From Octopus sinensis (taxonomy: Eukaryota): a stretch of DNA of 64,000 nucleotides. Both the position numbers and the translations under genes were made by a program. The stretch's first letter is position 1. Every line of letters begins with the position of its first letter. The DNA lies in NCBI RefSeq assembly GCF_006345805.1, contig NC_043000.1, forward strand, positions 31,062,001-31,126,000, given 5' to 3'. This document shows positions 49,356-60,534 of the stretch, piece after piece. A model generated the notes under the pieces. That model worked only from the letters and a program-made list of their open reading frames with translations. It ran no database searches and was not told the origin of the DNA.

Positions 49356-50050
49356 CGATCTGCCTTTTCGGCATACTTCGAATGGTACCAGTACCAGCCG
49401 GAACGAGAAACAGAGTCATTCCGACTACGGGAAATAGAGCTACTGCGACTACGACTGCGAGATTGGCGTCCGATCGCACGGCACAGATCATCGATTCTCC
49501 GCGTAAGCGCATCGATGTTCTCGGCTAGTTTATCGTTCGTCGGAGGGGGCTCTGTACATGCGTACAGGCCCCGCGAGGGAGATGGGCGCGAAAACTCCAA
49601 CACCTTGCCGGCCATCGTGGCGATCTGGTCCACAGACACAGAATCCAGTGCCGTGGCCAACATTGTCTGCACGTGGGCAGGCAACCTCGAAAAAAATATT
49701 TTGCGTAAGAGCAGCGCGTCCGCTGCGTTGCCGCTTAGCTCCCTTAGATGGCGCAGAAACTGGGATGGAGTTCTGTCCCCTAACTGCTTGTCGGCCATCA
49801 GCTCGTTAAACTGACTTTCTTCTGAGCGCGTATTGCGACGGAGGATTTCCGCCTTTACTGACGCATATGTGGCGTCAGGGTGGGGACTCACAATGAGATC
49901 CCTGACCGATGTTGCGAGCCGGGAGGGCAAACTTGAATACAGTAGATGTAACTGCTGTTGTGGAGGAATGGTATGCGCGGCAAAGTGTGATTCCACCTGT
50001 GCAAACCACAGCCCCGCATACCCCGTGAATGAAGGCAAACCTGAAGCCAT
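49316..50050 (-). CDS. gag: gag of copy 2 (244 aa)
   Basis: Nearly identical to copy 1. Confidence 0.9.
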   Translation of the reverse strand: MASGLPSFTGYAGLWFAQVESHFAAHTIPPQQQLHLLYSSLPSRLATSVRDLIVSPHPDATYASVKAEILRRNTRSEESQFNELMADKQLGDRTPSQFLRHLRELSGNAADALLLRKIFFSRLPAHVQTMLATALDSVSVDQIATMAGKVLEFSRPSPSRGLYACTEPPPTNDKLAENIDALTRRIDDLCRAIGRQSRSRSRSSSISRSRNDSVSRSGWYWYHSKYAEKADRCTQPCTFKPSEN

Positions 50051-50429
50051 GCCTTTGTCGGAAGGAATCTGTGAGAAGGGGGCAGAGAGTATGGTCGAGA
50101 AATGGAGAGAGAACACGTGGAACCGACAAAGCAATTCAAAATTGTGTTTGTGTGTGCACCTCGTGGGTAGCAAAAAAAATAAGTGTGTGTACAAGGAAAA
50201 CAAAATACAGAAAAGGAAAAATGAATGTGTGTGTTTTCTTTTTTTTTCTGTTTGTTTTTTTTTTTTTGTTTTGTGTACTGAGTGCGATGAATAAGGTTAT
50301 TTGACCCACCTCGCCGTGCTGAAAAAGAGAAAAATATGAGAAAAAAAATGAATGTTCAGCGCTCTCCGGCAAAACCTGTTCGCTGTGTCTTCTATCCTGT
50401 TCTTTTTTTTTCAACTTGGAGTCACCAAT

Positions 50430-50845
50430 TGTAACGAGAAAGGATCTATTATCGAAGCACTGAAGGGTGTCGATATCCGATCTAGCCACATATAAAATTC
50501 TAGAAAACAATACAGACGAACTCAGGTTAAAAGGGTGAACAGACAGTAGTTTGGTTTATTGATCTCGATGTAGTACGTTGTCTGGTGGGAAAAAGACAGC
50601 CTCTGATATACTGCTTCGTGTTAGTCGTTGAAGTTGGTTGAAGTTGGTTGCTGGTCGTGTGGCTGTCAGAGCCCGGAATTCGTGACCGATTGCAATGCTG
50701 TCTTAGCCGAAGAGGGAGATTTGAGCTTCGCGGGCTCAAGGGAACGTTTTCCCGCACATGCGCATGGGGAAGACTTCCGGTGGCCATCCAGAAGTAGTCC
50801 CATTCTGCGCATGCGCGCCGAACCCTACACATTAGCATCACTACA
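50430..50845 (-). repeat. 5' LTR (416 bp)
   Basis: Differs from the 3' LTR by 6 substitutions and a 1-nt indel (manual comparison). Confidence 0.96.
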
Positions 50846-51419
50846 AGCCAATGCCAGTACTGCCTGACTGGCTCTCGTGCTGGTGGCATGTAAAAGCACC
50901 CACTACATTCTCAGAGTGATTGGTGTTAGGAAGGGCATCCAGCTGTAGAAACTTTGCCAGATCAGATTGGGGCCTGGTGCAGCCTTCTGGTTTGCCAGCC
51001 CCTGTCAAACCGTCCAACCCATGCCTGCATGGAAAGTGGACATTAAACGACAATGCTGATATATATATATATAAACACACACACACACAATTCACATATA
51101 CATGCATGCATGCTGACATAGACACATGCATATGACAGGTTTCTTTCAGTTTTCGTCTCCCAAAACCAATCAAAAGGCTTTGATCACCTTGAGGTTATGG
51201 TAGAAGACATTTGCCCAATGTGCTGCACAATGGGGCTGAATATAGAACCATGTAGCTGGGAAACAAATTACTTACTACATGGCCACACCTGTTTTTCCCT
51301 TTTATTACTGTTAAGTTTTCTCTTTAAATTCTATATGTGATTTTATTGTGGCTTGAAAAGAAAAATGTATGTACCATACATGATGATATCTAAGGCACTT
51401 TTGAAGGGCATTGCCAATG

Positions 51420-53335
51420 AAGTTGTAGCAAATGAACTGTAGACAGGGACCTTCACTGTGGGCTAGCTATTGAAGTTGTCCTTGGAGAGGAGGGACTTCC
51501 GGTTTGGTGGAAAATGTGACTCACATCTAAATGGCTGATTGAGCTCTCTCACCATGTAGATGATTGAAGCAGCATAAACAATACTTCAACACACTCATGT
51601 TTGTGAATGTTTTTATGTACAGCTTAACAAAAACTATAAGTGGTGACCCCAAAATAGAAAACATGCAAGCATGACAAGTGAGATCAGCATCCCATTGAAG
51701 CTCCCACAGTTCTGTCTGAAATGGGCTGAGGTGTGGCTTACACAAGCTCAATGCCAGCGCCGCCTTGATTCGCTTCCGTGCCAGTGGCACGTAAAAAGCG
51801 CCAACCGATCGTGGCCGTTGCCAGTAACGCCCGGCACCTGTGCTGGAGGCACGTAAAAAGCACCCACCACACTCACGGAGTGGTTGGTGTTAGGAAGGGC
51901 ATCCAGCTGTAGAAACACAGCCAGATCAGACTGGAGCCTGGTGCAGCCTTCTGGCTTCCCAAACCCCAGTCAAACCGTCCAACCCATGCTAGCATGGAAA
52001 ACGGATGTTAAACGACGACGACGATGAAGAACAGTTCAACATCAGGAAACTCACCTTGGACCTGACAAAATATTCATATGTAACAGCAGCACTGGATGAG
52101 AGCACCACAACTAGGGTGCTAGACATCCTAACCTGACAACTGGCTAATCACACATATGCCACTTTAAAAGAGAGACTCGTGGAAAGATTCCAGCTTAGTG
52201 ACTGGGGAGCATCAGCTAGAATACTGGATGCAGAAGGATTTGGCAATTCCAAGCCTTCCGAACTAATGGACAGGATGCTGGCATTAATGCTCTCTGGTGG
52301 TGAGTTACTTTGTTTAGGGAGATATCCTCCATAAATTACCACACTAAGTCCAGTCTCTCATAAACTGTGATCAAGGACCTATGATAGTAAAAGTGGCTGA
52401 AAAGCATTTTTTGTTTAGCAGAGTTATAATCAGTGCCATAAGGTGCCCCACCCTTCAAGACATGATGAAGTTGCATGAGCCAGTCTGTGTTTCTATCACA
52501 TGATGATTGGGGCAAAGGCTTCCAAGTGTAAGCAGCCATGTAGCTTCAAAAGCCTTGTCATTGGCCCTGGGAAACTCCATAGCTGGTAGCTGGCAAACAT
52601 GATCAACTGCTCCTGTATGTCCACGATTGGAGCTCTGGATGAATATTCCTAATTGAAACAGGAGCAGCATCTGCAAGGGGCCGCCATTACAGAGAGCGAG
52701 ACCAATTTTTAGTGGCTGCCAATGGTTTCACAATCGAAGTATATGGATGCTGCAATCTCTCCCTTCACATCGGTTCACAAGCTTACACTTGGGCATTCGC
52801 GGTTGCTGATGTCCATCAGCCTATTGCTGGAGCAGACTTTCTTCAGGCATACTCACTGCCGGCCAATCTTCAGGGAAGAGGACTTGTCAACAGCAACACT
52901 TGTGCCTTTGTTTCTCTTGCAAAATCTGCACATGCTGCCCCTCGCATAGCAGCTGTCTCTCAGACCAACAATGAATTCTCGAATCTCCTGGTCAGCTGCC
53001 TGAATCTCACTACTCTGATATTCTCCAAACCCACAACCCACCATGGAGTGAAACACCACATCCCCACTACTGGTCCTACAGTGCACAGCCATGCATGCCG
53101 TCTACTACCAGACAAACTTGCTATTGCAAAGGACTCAATTTGACAATACGGAAGCTTTGGGCATTGTCCATTGATCAAGCAGTCCCTGTTCATCACCTTT
53201 ACATGTGGCACCAAAACCCAATGGAAGTTGGCAACCTTGTAGAGCTTATTGCCATCTCAACACAAACACAACACCCAACTGCTACCCTATTCTGCATATA
53301 CCCCATTCTCAGCCCAGTTAGCCAGGTGCTCCCAT
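51420..53335 (+). mobile_element. old CsRN1-type relic B (LTR remnant, PBS TGGTGACCCC at 51641, gag-PR-RT start), with an RTE 3'UTR copy inserted at ~51750-52030
   Basis: ALDESTTTRVLDIL...LKERLV...KPSELMDRML and TWAFAVADVHQPIAGADFL. Paralogous to 25295-26910. Confidence 0.82.
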
Positions 53336-53548
53336 CAAAATGTCTCAAAATATCACCATGATCAACCCATGTTACTTGCTTTAATGCACTAAAATCATTT
53401 TTCTTGAATATGTTTTGCTGAAATATGGATATGTCTAATATGCCTCTGTGTTTTATTAATGTCCTCAAATATGGTAGTTTTTAATTCTACAAATATTCTG
53501 GTTTTATATTTTGCTGTTTATTCTTCATTGTTTTCTTTGCTGTTGCAG

Positions 53549-53656
53549 TTAAAGCTAACAGATGTAGTCCATCACATGTATGGAATGGTAAAGAAAGAAA
53601 TCTCACCCAAAGTAACTCACTTGGTTGCCAATTGTTGTGGAAACGATAAATACCGT
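53549..53656 (+). CDS. ECT2: ECT2 coding exon d (BRCT1)
   Basis: gttgcag|TTA...CGT|gtatgt, 108 nt, phase 0-0. Encodes LKLTDVVHHMYGMVKKEISPKVTHLVANCCGNDKYR versus human VRLVTLVHHMGGVIRKDFNSKVTHLVANCTQGEKFR. Confidence 0.92.
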
Positions 53657-53673
53657 GTATGTATTGAATCCCA

Positions 53674-53985
53674 TTTTATCTCTTTTACATTTTACTTGTT
53701 TCTGTCATTGGGCAGTGGCCATGCTGGGACACTACCTCAGAAGGTTTAATCTCACAAAGCAACCCCTGTATTTTTCTAATTCAATTTATTTCTTTTGCTG
53801 GACAACTAAGTTATGTGGGACGTAGACAAACCAATACTGGTTGTCAAGTGGGGGGTGGGGGCACAAACAAAAATGCAAAGACACTCATGCACACAACAAA
53901 GACACTCATGCTCAGGGATATAGTCAATGGTGTCAGACAGTAGGATCGAACACAAAACCATTTCATTGCAAAGCACAGCCATGCC
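53674..53985 (-). mobile_element. SINE-C, antisense, just downstream of exon d
   Basis: CTCTTTTACATTTTACTTGTTTCTGTCATTGG..GGCCATGCTGG tail, GACAAACCAATACTGGTTGTCAAG body, head remnant ending CACAGCCATGCCTGC. Confidence 0.75.
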
Positions 53986-53989
53986 TGCT

Positions 53990-54320
53990 TCGTTTGCTTT
54001 TTATATGTCTGGTGGCACATGAAAAAACATTCGCATCAAAATCAAATTCGATGACTGACATCTGTGCTAGCAAGGTGCAAAGAGCACCATATGAGTATGA
54101 TCGTTGACAGAGTGGCTAACCGGCTTCTGTGCCAGTGGCACATAAAAGGGCACCATTTGAGTGTGATTGTTACCAGCGTCGCCTTACTGGCACTTGTGCC
54201 CATACTAGTAGGGTGCCAAGAGCACTATCCGAGCATGATCATTGCCAGAGCAGCCAAGGGCACTATTCGAGCGTGATCGTTACCAACTCGCCTTACTGGC
54301 ACCTGTGCCGGTGGCATGTA
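53990..54320 (+). mobile_element. RTE 3'UTR minisatellite fragment without terminal block
   Basis: Repeated GTGCCAGTGGCAC...GAGCGTGATCGTTACCA units. Confidence 0.75.
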
Positions 54321-54988
54321 TAAAAGATTCAAGCTGGCAGAATTGTTAACATAAGTACTAGTTAAGCACTGGGAGTTGATGTAATTGCTTAGCTTTTCCC
54401 ACCCAAAATATCTGATCTTGTGCCTACAGTAGAAAGGATTATTATTATTGTTGTTTTAACCAGTTACGAAACAAATGAAACTTATACATTGATTTATGTT
54501 CTTCATATGTTTCTCATGTTTGTTTATTTGTTTTATTTTGAACTTGACTAAGACAGGTATATTGTTGAAATATTAAGCATATTTACCTTCATGAAGTTAT
54601 GTTAGTCCTCATATATTCTTCTTTCTTTTTGTGAGTTGGCTGAATCATCGGCATTCTTTGTCTTTTTTTATTTTCTGAGTTCAAATTTCATCAAGGCCAG
54701 CTTGGCTTTTCATCCTTTCACATTTGATAAAATAAGTAGCAATTAAGCAGTGGGCTTTGTGTTATTTACTAATACCTCCCCTCGAAATTGCTAACATTTT
54801 GTCAGAATTTGAAACCATTGTTATTTATTTTCTTTGTCCCTCATGGGACACAAAGCCACAATGGATAAAGTATGACTAAAATATCAAGGGTCCTTTTCGA
54901 TGATGGCTGATATTGGGTTCCTATACTGAGAAAGTTCCTCTCTAAGAAATAGATGTAGGCAAAACTCCTGTGAAAGACCAACCAGTTG

Positions 54989-55027
<39 letters not shown>

Positions 55028-55510
55028 ATCAATGATGTCCAAGGAACCAGAAAAAAAAGACTGCCGTAGACTGGCACCAGAATGGTTGCAGGCATTGTTG
55101 TCAGAACACAAAATCCCAGAGAAGATTTTGCAAGGTATCTTGTCTCACCCTGCATCAGTTCCACCAATCCATCACTCTGGATTGGTCCACTTTTTTTTAC
55201 AGTTAGCCTAAAATGATAAAAGGCAAAGTTGATCTTGGTTGAATTTGAACTTAGAGTGCAGAGAGTTGCTACACTGCTACAACTGCTGCAGGACATTTCT
55301 ACTGATTTTCTAATGGCTCAGGTAGCAATTTTGCATCTTCATGACAAATAAATGCTATATATACGTTAAGTAAATATAAAATAAAACTGGGTACGCTAAA
55401 TAGAAGGGGACAGTTGAGGGGGGAACAAAACAACACTACCCTTTGACTCTCTCTAAAAGTCTTCTCTGCAAAGTCCCTGTTCTAGTTTACAGGTAAAAGT
55501 AAAGGTTTGT

Positions 55511-55670
55511 CAACTCCTCCCCCCCCCGCCATCCTCCTCCACATTTCCCCCTCCTTGTCCCCCCTCCCCTATTCCTCCACCCCTCCTCTTTGTCCTCCAG
55601 CCCCTCCTCCTCTTCCTTGCCCTCCTCCCTGTCCTTGTCCTCGTCCTTCTCCTCCACACCCTCCTCCTTT
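55511..55670. repeat. ~160-bp polypyrimidine (CCT-rich) tract
   Basis: Almost pure C/T on the + strand. Confidence 0.9.
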
Positions 55671-57512
55671 AATGTCCATGTTGGTATGGGTTGTATGTTT
55701 TGACCTGTAATAAGAGTACCTCTTTAGAAAGTCTATTTAGATGTGTGTATGTAAGAAGGTTTGAATTGTATAAATGTATGTTTTATACTTGAAGGCAATG
55801 GTTTTTTTTTGTTAACAAACATAATAATTTTTTCCTTGATCGCACATGAAGTAGTAGGCACATCAGAGACAAGTGTTCAAGGTGTAGCAAGGCATGAGTA
55901 AATTTCTTAATAAATATCAAGGTAGTTAGATCCAGTGCTTGGCTGCAAATCTAAAATATCCAATGAGTTTCTCTAGTGGTTGTGAGGCAAGGGTAGAGAT
56001 CCCATAGTCGTATGGATGCTGTTTTCTCCTCGGCATCAATTCAGCAATGTCTTTGTCGTCTGGATGATGAGCAACTGATGCGTTTACATCTCGATGCCTT
56101 CTCAGGAACTGATTATTACCTCACAAAACTTGCGCTTCACTGCTGGGTCATGTGTTTCCCTCGGCGGCCAGCAGCGATTAGATGTTTTGGGCATAGCATG
56201 ACTGTGCTATGTCACCACAACGAAATAGTGCTATCATGTCTTGCTACAGACCGACTCCAGTGTCTGCTTTGGCAGGGTTTCTACAGCTGGATGTACTTCC
56301 TAGCACCAACCACTACAGATTGTTCTGGATGCTTTTTTAGTGAGCTTAAAGCCCACTAATTTAATAAAATATCCAGTAATCGTCTGATAGCTGTAAGAGT
56401 CAATCCAATGAAAAACAACAATTCGCATGAGTTTTTGAGGCCTTCGTGTACATGGTATGTTTATTCCAATCCGGGAGGAGAGTATTCGTACGCAGCTTGA
56501 ATATTCAACATTTTACAGAACAGAATGAAGTTGAATAAGAAAAAGTTTTCGTCTTGCTGCCTTCCATGACTGGCATAGTGGATTCCACTCAATTCAAATC
56601 GGCGCGGGTAGTCTAGTAGCAGAGAGGGAGACGATGCAGTTAGCAGCAAGCTGCTTGGTGAGCAAAGAGGCCTTTCTTGGCTCTGCCTGTCTCTTTATCC
56701 CTCTCTCACGAGCACCACCTCGTTAACGATGTGACCAGGGGAGATAACTCCAGATGACCCCCCCCACGGTTGGGCATGGATTCAACTACGGTTGCCTACA
56801 CTTTCTTCATGCCACCAGCACTAGCGAGGTTGCCATACAGCCTGAAAGAATATAAACCCTGATGGGACAGGGTGACTTTATGCGAGAAGATAAGGGGTTC
56901 AAGTATGAGTGAAGGAGCCAGTGCAGATTACTTGCTGTAGAGGACCTTATCTTTAGAAGAAAGGGTGAGAATGATCAGGTGGAGTTGGAACGAGATAATG
57001 GTGATGAGGTTCTGGGTAGCCCCTCAAGGTGAGTGGAAGTGAATGGTGACAGAGGGACAATGAGTATGGATGAGAGCTGCAAGAATATATGAGAGAGTGA
57101 GGTGACTCACCTCTTGTAAAATTTACCACATGACATGATGTCCTTTTTTTTTTTGTTTAAAGTGATATTTAAAGAAGGTAGTGCTTTATTTTTATGGGGT
57201 GAAATGAAGTAACCTTACCTCATTCCTACTCATTTTTGTCTACCATTCCACCTGTTTCACGGTATTGACCAGACAGAAAAATAATAAAAAAAAAGACATA
57301 GCGAAAGTAAACAAAACCTGTCTGTTGTTTGATAAGGAAAGCTGTAGGTTGATCTTAAAAATGGATTCTATTGATAGCAAGTTCTGTCCGAAATGTGATA
57401 CCAGCTTTTTACATAAATCAGATGCATGTGATTTGCAGATTAAAGAACAAAAGACGAGGCTTTGGTTTAATATGAAACATTGCTGAGTATCTGTGAATAG
57501 CATATAAATAAA

Positions 57513-57554
<42 letters not shown>

Positions 57555-58293
57555 TTGAATTATCTGATTCTTTTCTACTTATTTATTCTAAGTTTGTCAT
57601 TAAATAATTTTTTTTGATGAGGCATATAAATAATAACGACGATGATGATAATAATAAAGCAATCTTGTATTTCTTGGCTGTAAATTATTTCAGAATAGAC
57701 AATTCGATTAATTAACAACGATGATGATGATGATGATAATCACAGTTATTATCATCAATATATGCAGCAATGTTTTTTATGCTGTTTTAGTTTTGTTTTT
57801 AATTTAATGACTACAAACATCAATCAGTTAATACCAGAATAGCCATGATGTTAAAATGTCTATATTACATTATTTTGTTAAAAACTATTTTATCTTGGTA
57901 CAACATAGATCAGCATAAATTGCTATTATTATTAGAATTATTATTATAATGCCAGTAGATAGCAGAATTGGTACAGTGCTGAATAAAATACATCATAGCA
58001 TTTCTTGGTGTTTTTTTTATGATGCCAAGTTGATGTTGGGGCTCTCATCTTTATGGCATTGTTAAAATAACTACCAGTCAAGTGTTGGAATTAATATAAC
58101 TATGTTCTTCTCTAAGATGTTTGACTCTTGTACTACTACAGGAATAGTTCCTTATAATGTAACCACAAGGCAGAATGGTAATATTTATCTCTACTTAAAC
58201 ATGGATGTTCTATTAGAACAAACTGTGGTAGCTTTCCATGATAGAAACTCTCATGTTGGCTTTTTGGTGCAAAATGCACTCTTGTTTATATAT

Positions 58294-58523
58294 GTTTCTT
58301 TATTACCCACAAGGGGCTAAACATAGAGGGGACAAACAAGGACAGACAAACGAATTAAGTCGATTATATCGACCCCAGTGCGTAACTGGTACTTAATTTA
58401 TCGACCCCGAAAGGATGAAAGGCAAAGTCGACCTCGGCGGAATTTGTGCACAGAACGTAACGGCAGACGTAACATGGCTACGCATTTCGCCCGGCGTGCC
58501 AACGGTTCTGCCAGCTTGATGCC
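58294..58523 (-). mobile_element. SINE-B
   Basis: Family sequence. Confidence 0.88.
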
Positions 58524-58981
58524 CTATAAGAGCTATATAAACTCTTGTCTATATAGCTTGTGGGGAGATAAATCCCCACTAGCTCCAGTGCCGAGACCAC
58601 CAGATCACATGATTTTGACTTTGTTTGATCTTGTCACTGATAGACACTTAGCTGCTGGAGACGGCAATAATTTATCTCCTTGCCAGTGGTATATAGAGGG
58701 ACAGTGCTAGAACAGGCATTGGTGGTCTTGGCGCTGGGTTTATCTCCCTGCTTGTATGCATTTTGTACCAAAAAGCCAATGTGAGGGTTTCTCTCATGGC
58801 AATTATCACACTAAAGTTTGTTCTAACAGAACATCCACATTTATGTAGGGATAGATACTACGTCTCGTTATCAATACTGCCTCTGTTGCTAATATACAAG
58901 GCAGAATGTTTGTGAAGTTAAAGGCGCTAGATTATTGAATCCCATCTGACCTAGTCTATTGCAGCTTGTGTTCCACCCACA

Positions 58982-59345
58982 CATCATCATCATCATACGT
59001 CCGCTTTCCATGCTAGCATGGGTTGGACGATTTGACTGAGGTCTGGCGAAACAGACTCCAATCTGATCTGGAAGAGTTTCTACAGCTGGATGCCCTTCCT
59101 AACGCCAACCACTCTGAGAGTGTAGTGGGTGCTTTTATGTGCCACCGGCACGAGGGCCAGTTTGGTGGTACTGGCAACGGCCACTACACTCACGAAGTGG
59201 TTGGTGTTAGGGAGGGCATCCAGCTGTAGAAACACTGCCAGATCAGACTGGAGCCTGGTACAGCCTTCTGGCTTCCCAAATCCCGGTTGAACCATCCAAC
59301 CCGTGCTAGCATGGAAAACGGACGTTAAATGATGATGATGATGAT
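58982..59345. mobile_element. head-to-head fusion of two RTE 3' ends (tails outward), junction CCAC at 59181-59184
   Basis: (CAT)n...minus copy | plus copy...(GAT)n, with no spacer. Confidence 0.9.
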
Positions 59346-59380
<35 letters not shown>

Positions 59381-59399
59381 ATAGATATATATATTGTCA

Positions 59400-59705
59400 T
59401 TGTTGTATAATGTCCGCTTTCCATGCAGGCATGGGTTGGACGGTTTGACTGGGGGCTGGCAAACCAGAAGGCTGCACCAGGCCCCAATCTGATCTGGCAA
59501 AGTTTCTGCAGCTGGATGCCCTTCCTAACACAAAGCACTCTGAGAATGTAGTGATGCTTTTACATGCCACCGGCACGAGGGCCAGTCAGTCAGTACTGGC
59601 ATTGGCCACGCTCAAATGGTGCTTTTTATGTGCCACCTGCACAGGAGCCTGTCCAGCGGCACTGGCGACGACCTCGCTCGAATGTTTCACGTGCCACTAG
59701 CACAC
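59400..59705 (-). mobile_element. RTE 3'UTR truncated copy
   Basis: Reverse-complement terminal block and units. Confidence 0.8.
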
Positions 59706-60091
59706 GTAACAAGAAAACTTTCCACCCATCCTACCTCAACAAACCACACACACACCCTACCCTGAAAAACCAATTTAGATCTCTTCCTCACATCTCCTCT
59801 TTCACACTCTATGCTTACCTCTCACTCCCCATGGCCTTGTTCACTGTATCGTTGCTATCCGGTAGCCCCCCCCTCTATATACTGAGGTTTTCACCACTCA
59901 ACGCATTTCCCTCCTCCACTCTCCACTCGCGCTTCTTTGGCAATGTCCTGCCACTTCTATTAGGACTTCCATACCTCAATGGTATGCCCTGCCACTTACC
60001 ACCATCTCTCTCCTGCTCTCTTGCACACTTGCGTGCTAAATTGTGGATGTGCATAAACTACAATCATGTACACACAAACACACACATCCTG

Positions 60092-60131
<40 letters not shown>

Positions 60132-60144
60132 TATATATAAATAT

Positions 60145-60534
60145 ACTCTTTTACTTCTTTCAGTCATTTGACTGTGGCCATGCTGGAGCATCGCCTTTAG
60201 TTGAGCACATCGACCCCAGAACTTATTCTTTGTGAGCCTAGTACTTATTCTATCGGTCTCTTTTGCCGAACTGCTAAGTTACGGGGACGTACACACACCA
60301 GCATTGGTTGTCAAGTGATGTTGGGGGGACAAACACAGACACACAAACATATACACACACATACATATATATACGACGCGCTTCTTTCAGTTTCCGTCTA
60401 CCAAATCCACTCACAAGGCTTAGGTTGGCCCGAGGCTATAGTAGAAGACACTTGCCCAAGGTGCCATGCAGTGGGACTGAACCCGGAACCATGTAGTTCG
60501 TAAGCAAGCTACTTACCACACAGCCACTCCTACG

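Larger units (their letters stand above)
40664..50845 (-). mobile_element. CsRN1-type Ty3/gypsy tandem dimer LTR-int-LTR-int-LTR with 4-bp TSD AGCC
   Basis: Three TG...CA LTRs. AGCC at 40660-40663 and 50846-50849. PBS TGGTGACTCC (tRNA-Trp-like) after each upstream LTR, PPT GGAGGGGAG before each downstream LTR. Domain order gag/PR-RT-RH-IN. Confidence 0.96.
40087..51290 (-). mobile_element. SINE-C split by nested insertions (tail 40087-40340, head ~51130-51290)
   Basis: Tail ends in CA/TA repeats. An RTE 3'UTR copy (40345-40663 + 50846-51060) and the gypsy dimer intervene. CA/TA repeats and the head then resume. Confidence 0.75.

Noticed and set aside
41328-50294. Numerous plus-strand ORFs of 60-160 aa over the gypsy copies
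   Set aside because: These are antisense shadows of gag-pol with no recognisable motifs.
40664-50845. GC/CpG-rich 10-kb island as bacterial contamination or horizontal transfer
   Set aside because: It has LTRs, PBS, PPT, gag-pol and a TSD inside a host repeat. The CpG richness fits a young retrotransposon.
3653-53656. TOPBP1 as the identity of the BRCT gene
   Set aside because: KVTHLVANC, RPLYC and HHM.G match ECT2 as recalled, whereas TOPBP1 has VTHLIAGE and HPVYN at these positions.
57265-57486. Cys-containing 73-aa ORF, and similar short ORFs such as 18942-19187
   Set aside because: They lack an ATG or splice context and any recognisable domain, and are compatible with chance in AT-rich DNA.
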